64,000 bases of DNA from NCBI RefSeq assembly GCF_009914755.1, contig NC_060947.1; one strand, given 5' to 3'. Position 1 is the stretch's first letter; each line of letters starts with the position of its first letter. This document shows, in pieces, positions 51,201 to 61,755 of the stretch. The DNA comes from the human T2T-CHM13v2.0 reference genome, Homo sapiens. Under the pieces are notes generated by a model that ran no database searches, was not told where the DNA came from, and worked only from the letters and a program-made list of their open reading frames with translations. The position numbers and the translations under genes are program-made.

Positions 51201-54200
51201 GAGTGTTTGCAAACTGCTCTATCAAAAGGAATGTTCAACTCTGGGAGTTGAATGCAATCATCACAGAGCAGTTTCTGAGAATGCTTCTATGTCGTTTTTA
51301 GGAGAAGATATTTCCTTTTCCAACACAATCCTCCAAGCCCGCTAAATAGCCACTTGCACATTGTAGAAAAAGTGTGTCAAAGCTGCGCTATCAAAGGGAA
51401 AGTTCAACTCTGTGAGGTGAATGCAAACATCCCAAAGAAGTTTCTGAGAATGCTTCCGTTTAGCTTTTAGGTGAAGATTATCCCGTTTCCAACGAAACCT
51501 TCAAAGAGGTCCAAATATCCCCTTGCGGATCCCACAGAAAGAGTGTTTCGAAACTGCTGTTTCAAAAGGAATCTTCAACTCTGTGAGTTGAATGCAATCA
51601 TCACAAAGAAGTTTCTGACAATGCTTCTCTCTCGTCTTTCTGTGAAGATAAAGGAAAAGGCTTTCAGGCCTTTTCCACCACAGGCCTGAAAGCGCTCCAA
51701 ATGTCCACTTGCAGATTCTGCCAAAAGAATATTTCAAAACTGCTCTATGAAAAGCAATGTTAAACTCTGTGGCTGGAACACAAACATCACAAAGCGGTTT
51801 CTGAGAATGTTTCAGTTTAGTTTTTCTGTGGAAATATTCCCGTTTCCAAAGAAATCTTCAAAGAGGTCCACGTATCCACTTACAGATTCTACAAAAAGAC
51901 AGTTTCAAAACTGCTCCATCAAAAGGAGGGTTCAACTGTGTGACTTGAATGCAATCATCACTCAGAAGTTTCTGAGAATGCTTCTCTTTAGTTTTTACGT
52001 GAACATATACCCGTTTCGAACGAAGGCCACCCAGTGGTCCAAATATCCACTTGCAGATTATACAGAAAGAGTGTTTCGAACCTGAACTCTCAAAGGCAGG
52101 TTCATCTCTGCGAGTTAAATGCATTCATCATGAAGAACTTTCTCAGAGTGTTTGTGTTTAGTTATGGGAAATTATTCCCGTTTCCAACGAAATCCTCAGA
52201 GAGCTCCAAATATCCACCTGCAGATTCTACCAAAAGTGTATTTGGAAACTGCTCCATCAAAAGGCATGTTCAGCTCTGTGAGTGAAACTCCATCATCACA
52301 AAGAATATTCTGAGAATGCTTCCGTTTGCCTTTTATATGAAGTTCCTTCCTGTACTACCGTAGGCCTCAAAGCAGTCCAAATCTCCATTTGCAGATTCTA
52401 CAAAAAGAGTGATTCCAATCTGCTCTATCAATAGGATTGTTCAACTCCATGAGTTGAATGCCATCCTCACAAAGTAGTTTCTGAGAATGCTTCTATCTGG
52501 TTTTTGTGTGAAGATATTTCCTTTTCCACCACAGGCCTCAAAGCCCTCCAAACGTCCACTTGCAGATTCTAGAAAAAGAGTGTTTCATAGCTGCTCTTTC
52601 AAAAGGAAAGTTCAACTCTGGGAGTTGAATACAAACATCACAAAATAGTTTCCGAGAATGCTTCTGTTTAGTTTTTATGTGAAGATGATCCCGTTTCCAG
52701 TGAAATCTTCAAAGAGGTCCACATATCCTCTTGCAGATTCCAAAGAAAGAGGGTTTCAAAACTGCTCCATCAAAAGGATTGTTCAACTCTGTGAGTTGAA
52801 TGCAGTCATCGCAGAAAACTTTCTGAGAATGCTTCTGTCTAGGTTTGATGTGAAGATATAGATGTTTCAAACGAAGGATACAAAGTGGTCAAAATATACA
52901 CTTGCAGATTCTACTACAAGAGTGTTGCAAACCTGAACTATCAAAGAAAGGTTCAACTCTGTGAGTTGAATACAAACATCACAAAGAATGTTCTGAGTTT
53001 GCTTCCGTTCAGTTATGGGAAGTTGATCCCGTTTCCAACGAAATCCTCAGAGAGGTCCAAATATCCCCTTGCAGATTCTACAAAACGTGTGTTTGGAAAC
53101 TGCTCCATCATAACGAATGTTCAGCTCCCTGAGTTAAACTCCATCGTCACAAAGAATTTTCTGAGAGTGCTACCGTCTGGTTTTTATATGAAGTTCTTTC
53201 CTTCACTACCACAGGCCTCAAAGCGGTCCAAATCTCCACTTGCAGATTCTACAAAAAGAGTGTTTGCAAACTGCTCTATCAAAAGGAATGTTCAACTCTG
53301 GGAGTTGAATGCAATCATCACAGAGCAGTTTCTGAGAATGCTTCTATGTCGTTTTTAGGAGAAGATATTTCCTTTTCCAACACAGTCCTCCAAGCCCGCT
53401 AAATAGCCACTTGCACATTGTAGAAAAAGTGTGTCAAAGCTGCGCTATCAAAGGGAAAGTTCAACTCTGTGAGGTGAATGCAAACATCCCAAAGAAGTTT
53501 CTGAGAATGCTTCCGTTTAGCTTTTAGGTGAGGATTATCCCGTTTCCAACGAAACCTTCAAAGAGGTCCAAATATCCCCTTGCGGATCCCACAGAAAGAG
53601 TGTTTCGAAACTGCTGTTTCAAAAGGAATGTTCAACTCTGTGAGTTGAATGCAATCATCACAAAGAAGTTTCTGACAATGCTTCTCTCTCGTCTTTCTGT
53701 GAAGATAAAGGAAAAGGCTTTCAGGCCTTTTCCACCACAGGCCTGAAAGCGCTCCAAATGTCCACTTGCAGATTCTGCGAAAAGAATATTTCAAAACTGC
53801 TCTATGAAAAGCAATGTTAAACTCTGTGGCTCGAACACAAACATCACAAAGCAGTTTCTGAGAATGCTTCAGTTTAGTTTTTCTGTGGAAATATTCCCGT
53901 TTCCAAAGATATCTTCAAAGAGGTCCACGTATCCACTTACAGATTCTACAAAAAGACAGTTTCAAAACTGCTCCATCAAAAGGAGGGTTCAACTGTGTGA
54001 CTTGAATGCAATCATCACTCAGAAGTTTCTGAGAATGCTTCTCTTTAGTTTTTACGTGAACATATACCCGTTTCGAACGAAGGCCACCCAGTGGTCCAAA
54101 TATCCACTTGCAGATTCTACAGAAAGAGTGTTTCGAACCTGAACTCTCAAAGGAAGGTTCATCTCTGCGAGTTAAATGCATTCATCATGAAGAACTTTCT

Positions 54201-57200
54201 CAGAGTATTTGTGTTTAGTTATGGGAAATTATTCCCGTTTCCAAAGAAATCCTCAGAGAGCTCCAAATATCCACCTGCAGATTCTACCAAAAGTGTATTT
54301 GGAAACTGCTCCATCAAAAGGCATGTTCAGCTCTGTGAGTGAAACTCCATCATCACAAAGAATATTCTGAGAATGCTTCCGTTTGCCTTTTATATGAAGT
54401 TCCTTCCTGTACTACCGTAGGCCTCAAAGCAGTCCAAATCTCCATTTGCAGATTCTACAAAAAGAGTGATTCCAATCTGCTCTATCAATAGGATTGTTCA
54501 ACTCCATGAGTTGAATGCCATCCTCACAAAGTAGTTTCTGAGAATGCTTCTATCTGGTTTTTGTGTGAAGATATTTCCTTTTCCACCACAGGCCTCAAAG
54601 CCCTCCAAACGTCCACTTGCAGATTCTCGAAAAAGAGTGTTTCATAGCTGCTCTTTCAAAAGGAAAGTTCAACTCTGGGAGTTGAATACAAACATCACAA
54701 AATAGTTTCCGAGAATGCTTCAGTTTAGTTTTTATGTGAAGATGATCCCGTTTCCAGTGAAATCTTCAAAGAGGTCCACATATCCCCTTGCAGATTCCAA
54801 AGAAAGAGGGTTTCAAAACTGCTCCATCAGAAGGATTGTTCAACTCTGTGAGTTGAATGCAGTCATCGCAGAAAACTTTCTGAGAATGCTTCTGTCTAGG
54901 TTTGATGTGAAGATATAGATATTTCAAACGAAGGCTACAAAGTGGTCAAAATATACACTTGCAGATTCTACTACAAGGGTGTTGCAAACCTGAACTATCA
55001 AAGGAAGGTTCAACTCTGTGAGTTGAATACAAACATCACAAAGAATGTTCTGAGTTTGCTTCCGTTCAGTTATGGGAAGTTGATCCCGTTTCCAACGAAA
55101 TCCTCAGAGAGGTCCAAATATCCCCTTGCAGATTCTACAAAACGTGTGTTTGGAAACTGCTCCATCATAACGAATGTTCAGCTCCCTGAGTTAAACTCCA
55201 TCGTCACAAAGAATTTTCTGAGAGTGCTACCGTCTGGTTTTTATATGAAGTTCTTTCCTTCACTACCACAGGCCTCAAAGCGGTCCAAATCTCCACTTGC
55301 AGATTCTACAAAAAGAGTGTTTGCAAACTGCTCTATCAAAAGGAATGTTCAACTCTGGGAGTTGAATGCAATCATCACAGAGCAGTTTCTGAGAATGCTT
55401 CTATGTCGTTTTTAGGAGAAGATATTTCCTTTTCCAACACAATCCTCCAAGCCCGCTAAATAGCCACTTGCACATTGTAGAAAAAGTGTGTCAAAGCTGC
55501 GCTATCAAAGGGAAAGTTCAACTCTGTGAGGTGAATGCAAACATCCCAAAGAAGTTTCTGAGAATGCTTCCGTTTAGCTTTTAGGTGAAGATTATCCCGT
55601 TTCCAACGAAACCTTCAAAGAGGTCCAAATATCCCCTTGCGGATCCCACAGAAAGAGTGTTTCGAAACTGCTGTTTCAAAAGGAATCTTCAACTCTGTGA
55701 GTTGAATGCAATCATCACAAAGAAGTTTCTGACAATGCTTCTCTCTCGTCTTTCTGTGAAGATAAAGGAAAAGGCTTTCAGGCCTTTTCCACCACAGGCC
55801 TGAAAGCGCTCCAAATGTCCACTTGCAGATTCTGCCAAAAGAATATTTCAAAACTGCTCTATGAAAAGCAATGTTAAACTCTGTGGCTGGAACACAAAAA
55901 TCACAAAGCGGTTTCTGAGAATGTTTCAGTTTAGTTTTTCTGTGGAAATATTCCCGTTTCCAAAGAAATCTTCAAAGAGGTCCACGTATCCACTTACAGA
56001 TTCTACAAAAAGACAGTTTCAAAACTGCTCCATCAAAAGGAGGGTTCAACTGTGTGACTTGAATGCAATCATCACTCAGAAGTTTCTGAGAATGCTTCTC
56101 TTTAGTTTTTACGTGAACATATACCCGTTTCGAACGAAGGCCACCCAGTGGTCCAAATATCCACTTGCAGATTATACAGAAAGAGTGTTTCGAACCTGAA
56201 CTCTCAAAGGCAGGTTCATCTCTGCGAGTTAAATGCATTCATCATGAAGAACTTTCTCAGAGTGTTTGTGTTTAGTTATGGGAAATTATTCCCGTTTCCA
56301 ACGAAATCCTCAGAGAGCTCCAAATATCCACCTGCAGATTCTACCAAAAGTGTATTTGGAAACTGCTCCATCAAAAGGCATGTTCAGCTCTGTGAGTGAA
56401 ACTCCATCATCACAAAGAATATTCTGAGAATGCTTCCGTTTGCCTTTTATATGAAGTTCCTTCCTGTACTACCGTAGGCCTCAAAGCAGTCCAAATCTCC
56501 ATTTGCAGATTCTACAAAAAGAGTGATTCCAATCTGCTCTATCAATAGGATTGTTCAACTCCATGAGTTGAATGCCATCCTCACAAAGTAGTTTCTGAGA
56601 ATGCTTCTATCTGGTTTTTGTGTGAAGATATTTCCTTTTCCACCACAGGCCTCAAAGCCCTCCAAACGTCCACTTGCAGATTCTAGAAAAAGAGTGTTTC
56701 ATAGCTGCTCTTTCAAAAGGAAAGTTCAACTCTGGGAGTTGAATACAAACATCACAAAATAGTTTCCGAGAATGCTTCTGTTTAGTTTTTATGTGAAGAT
56801 GATCCCGTTTCCAGTGAAATCTTCAAAGAGGTCCACATATCCTCTTGCAGATTCCAAAGAAAGAGGGTTTCAAAACTGCTCCATCAAAAGGATTGTTCAC
56901 CTCTGTGAGTTGAATGCAGTCATCGCAGAAAACTTTCTGAGAATGCTTCTGTCTAGGTTTGATGTGAAGATATAGATGTTTCAAACGAAGGCTACAAAGT
57001 GGTCAAAATATACACTTGCAGATTCTACTACAAGAGTGTTGCAAACCTGAACTATCAAAGGAAGGTTCAACTCTGTGAGTTGAATACAAACATCACAAAG
57101 AATGTTCTGAGTTTGCTTCCGTTCAGTTATGGGAAGTTGATCCCGTTTCCAACGAAATCCTCAGAGAGGTCCAAATATCCCCTTGCAGATTCTACAAAAC

Positions 57201-60200
57201 GTGTGTTTGGAAACTGCTCCATCATAACGAATGTTCAGCTCCCTGAGTTAAACTCCATCGTCACAAAGAATTTTCTGAGAGTGCTACCGTCTGGTTTTTA
57301 TATGAAGTTCTTTCCTTCACTACCACAGGCCTCAAAGCGGTCCAAATCTCCACTTGCAGATTCTACAAAAAGAGTGTTTGCAAACTGCTCTATCAAAAGG
57401 AATGTTCAACTCTGGGAGTTGAATGCAATCATCACAGAGCAGTTTCTGAGAATGCTTCTATGTCGTTTTTAGGAGAAGATATTTCCTTTTCCAACACAGT
57501 CCTCCAAGCCCGCTAAATAGCCACTTGCACATTGTAGAAAAAGTGTGTCAAAGCTGCGCTATCAAAGGGAAAGTTCAACTCTGTGAGGTGAATGCAAACA
57601 TCCCAAAGAAGTTTCTGAGAATGCTTCCGTTTAGCTTTTAGGTGAAGATTATCCCGTTTCCAACGAAACCTTCAAAGAGGTCCAAATATCCCCTTGCGGA
57701 TCCCACAGAAAGAGTGTTTCGAAACTGCTGTTTCAAAAGGAATCTTCAACTCTGTGAGTTGAATGCAATCATCACAAAGAAGTTTCTGACAATGCTTCTC
57801 TCTCGTCTTTCTGTGAAGATAAAGGAAAAGGCTTTCAGGCCTTTTCCACCACAGGCCTGAAAGCGCTCCAAATGTCCACTTGCAGATTCTGCGAAAAGAA
57901 TATTTCAAAACTGCTCTATGAAAAGCAATGTTAAACTCTGTGGCTCGAACACAAACATCACAAAGCGGTTTCTGAGAATGCTTCAGTTTAGTTTTTCTGT
58001 GGAAATATTCCCGTTTCCAAAGAAATCTTCAAAGAGGTCCACGTATCCACTTACAGATTCTACAAAAAGACAGTTTCAAAACTGCTCCATCAAAAGGAGG
58101 GTTCAACTGTGTGACTTGAATGCAATCATCACTCAGAAGTTTCTGAGAATGCTTCTCTTTAGTTTTTACGTGAACATATACCCGTTTCGAAAGAAGGCCA
58201 CCCAGTGGTCCAAATATCCACTTGCAGATTCTACAGAAAGAGTGTTTCGAACCTGAACTCTCAAAGGAAGGTTCATCTCTGCGAGTTAAATGCATTCATC
58301 ATGAAGAACTTTCTCAGAGTGTTTGTGTTTAGTTATGGGAAATTATTCCCGTTTCCAACGAAATCCTCAGAGAGCTCCAAATATCCACCTGCAGATTCTA
58401 CCAAAAGTGTATTTGGAAACTGCTCCATCAAAAGGCATGTTCAGCTCTGTGAGTGAAACTCCATCATCACAAAGAATATTCTGAGAATGCTTCCGTTTGC
58501 CTTTTATCTGAAGTTCCTTCCTATACGACCGTAGGCCTCAAAGCAGTCCAAATCTCCATTTGCAGATTCTACAAAAAGAGTGATTCCAATCTGCTCTATC
58601 AATAGGATTGTTCAACTCCATGAGTTGAATGCCATCCTCACAAAGTCGTTTCTGAGAATGCTTCTATCTAGTTTTTATGTGAAGATATTTCCTTTTCCAC
58701 CACAGGCCTCAAAGCCCTCCAAACGTCCACTTGCAGATTCTCGAAAAGGAGTGTTTCATAGCTGCTCTTTCGAAAGGAAAGTTCAACTCTGGGAGTTGAA
58801 TACAAACATCACAAAGTAGTTTCCGAGAATGCTTCTGTTTAGTTTTTATGTGAAGATGATCCCGTTTCCAGTGAAATCTTCAAAGAGGTCCACATATCCC
58901 CTTGCAGATTCCAAAGAAAGAGGGTTTCAAAACTGCTCCATCAGAAGGATTGTTCAACTCTGTGAGTTGAATGCAGTCATCGCAGAAAACTTTCTGAGAA
59001 TGCTTCTGTCTAGGTTTGATGTGAAGATATAGATATTTCAAACGAAGGCTACAAAGTGGTCAAAATATACACTTGTAGATTCTACTACAAGGGTGTTGCA
59101 AACCTGAACTATCAAAGGAAGGTTCAACTCTGTGAGTTGAATACAAACATCACAAAGAATGTTCTGAGTTTGCTTCCGTTCAGTTATGGGAAGTTGATCC
59201 CGTTTCCAACGAAATCCTCAGAGAGGTCCAAATATCCCCTTGCAGATTCTACAAAACGTGTGTTTGGAAACTGCTCCATCATAACGAATGTTCAGCTCCC
59301 TGAGTTAAACTCCATCGTCACAAAGAATTTTCTGAGAGTGCTACCGTCTGGTTTTTATATGAAGTTCTTTCCTTCACTACCACAGGCCTCAAAGCGGTCC
59401 AAATCTCCACTTGCAGATTCTACAAAAAGAGTGTTTGCAAACTGCTCTATCAAAAGGAATGTTCAACTCTGGGAGTTGAATGCAATCATCACAGAGCAGT
59501 TTCTGAGAATGCTTCTATGTCGTTTTTAGGAGAAGATATTTCCTTTTCCAACACAATCCTCCAAGCCCGCTAAATAGCCACTTGCACATTGTAGAAAAAG
59601 TGTGTCAAAGCTGCGCTATCAAAGGGAAAGTTCAACTCTGTGAGGTGAATGCAAACATCCCAAAGAAGTTTCTGAGAATGCTTCCGTTTAGCTTTTAGGT
59701 GAAGATTATCCCGTTTCCAACGAAACCTTCAAAGAGGTCCAAATATCCCCTTGCGGATCCCACAGAAAGAGTGTTTCGAAACTGCTGTTTCAAAAGGAAT
59801 CTTCAACTCTGTGAGTTGAATGCAATCATCACAAAGAAGTTTCTGACAATGCTTCTCTCTCGTCTTTCTGTGAAGATAAAGGAAAAGGCTTTCAGGCCTT
59901 TTCCACCACAGGCCTGAAAGCGCTCCAAATGTCCACTTGCAGATTCTGCCAAAAGAATATTTCAAAACTGCTCTATGAAAAGCAATGTTAAACTCTGTGG
60001 CTGGAACACAAACATCACAAAGCGGTTTCTGAGAATGTTTCAGTTTAGTTTTTCTGTGGAAATATTCCCGTTTCCAAAGAAATCTTCAAAGAGGTCCACG
60101 TATCCACTTACAGATTCTACAAAAAGACAGTTTCAAAACTGCTCCATCAAAAGGAGGGTTCAACTGTGTGACTTGAATGCAATCATCACTCAGAAGTTTC

Positions 60201-61755
60201 TGAGAATGCTTCTCTTTAGTTTTTACGTGAACATATACCCGTTTCGAACGAAGGCCACCCAGTGGTCCAAATATCCACTTGCAGATTATACAGAAAGAGT
60301 GTTTCGAACCTGAACTCTCAAAGGCAGGTTCATCTCTGCGAGTTAAATGCATTCATCATGAAGAACTTTCTCAGAGTGTTTGTGTTTAGTTATGGGAAAT
60401 TATTCCCGTTTCCAACGAAATCCTCAGAGAGCTCCAAATATCCACCTGCAGATTCTACCAAAAGTGTATTTGGAAACTGCTCCATCAAAAGGCATGTTCA
60501 GCTCTGTGAGTGAAACTCCATCATCACAAAGAATATTCTGAGAATGCTTCCGTTTGCCTTTTATATGAAGTTCCTTCCTGTACTACCGTAGGCCTCAAAG
60601 CAGTCCAAATCTCCATTTGCAGATTCTACAAAAAGAGTGATTCCAATCTGCTCTATCAATAGGATTGTTCAACTCCATGAGTTGAATGCCATCCTCACAA
60701 AGTAGTTTCTGAGAATGCTTCTATCTGGTTTTTGTGTGAAGATATTTCCTTTTCCACCACAGGCCTCAAAGCCCTCCAAACGTCCACTTGCAGATTCTAG
60801 AAAAAGAGTGTTTCATAGCTGCTCTTTCAAAAGGAAAGTTCAACTCTGGGAGTTGAATACAAACATCACAAAATAGTTTCCGAGAATGCTTCTGTTTAGT
60901 TTTTATGTGAAGATGATCCCGTTTCCAGTGAAATCTTCAAAGAGGTCCACATATCCTCTTGCAGATTCCAAAGAAAGAGGGTTTCAAAACTGCTCCATCA
61001 AAAGGATTGTTCAACTCTGTGAGTTGAATGCAGTCATCGCAGAAAACTTTCTGAGAATGCTTCTGTCTAGGTTTGATGTGAAGATATAGATGTTTCAAAC
61101 GAAGGCTACAAAGTGGTCAAAATATACACTTGCAGATTCTACTACAAGAGTGTTGCAAACCTGAACTATCAAAGGAAGGTTCAACTCTGTGAGTTGAATA
61201 CAAACATCACAAAGAATGTTCTGAGTTTGCTTCCGTTCAGTTATGGGAAGTTGATCCCGTTTCCAACGAAATCCTCAGAGAGGTCCAAATATCCCCTTGC
61301 AGATTCTACAAAACGTGTGTTTGGAAACTGCTCCATCATAACGAATGTTCAGCTCCCTGAGTTAAACTCCATCGTCACAAAGAATTTTCTGAGAGTGCTA
61401 CCGTCTGGTTTTTATATGAAGTTCTTTCCTTCACTACCACAGGCGTCAAAGCGGTCCAAATCTCCACTTGCAGATTCTACAAAAAGAGTGTTTGCAAACT
61501 GCTCTATCAAAAGGAATGTTCAACTCTGGGAGTTGAATGCAATCATCACAGAGCAGTTTCTGAGAATGCTTCTATGTCGTTTTTAGGAGAAGATATTTCC
61601 TTTTCCAACACAGTCCTCCAAGCCCGCTAAATAGCCACTTGCACATTGTAGAAAAAGTGTGTCAAAGCTGCGCTATCAAAGGGAAAGTTCAACTCTGTGA
61701 GGTGAATGCAAACATCCCAAAGAAGTTTCTGAGAATGCTTCCGTTTAGCTTTTAG
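45300..61755. repeat. Four-HOR super-repeat, two copies (HOR23-26 and HOR27-30; period 8228 bp)
   Basis: The same ordered set of diagnostic SNV haplotypes occurs in both copies, e.g. GAGGATTATC in HOR23/27 and AACACAAAAATC only in HOR24/28. Confidence 0.8.
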
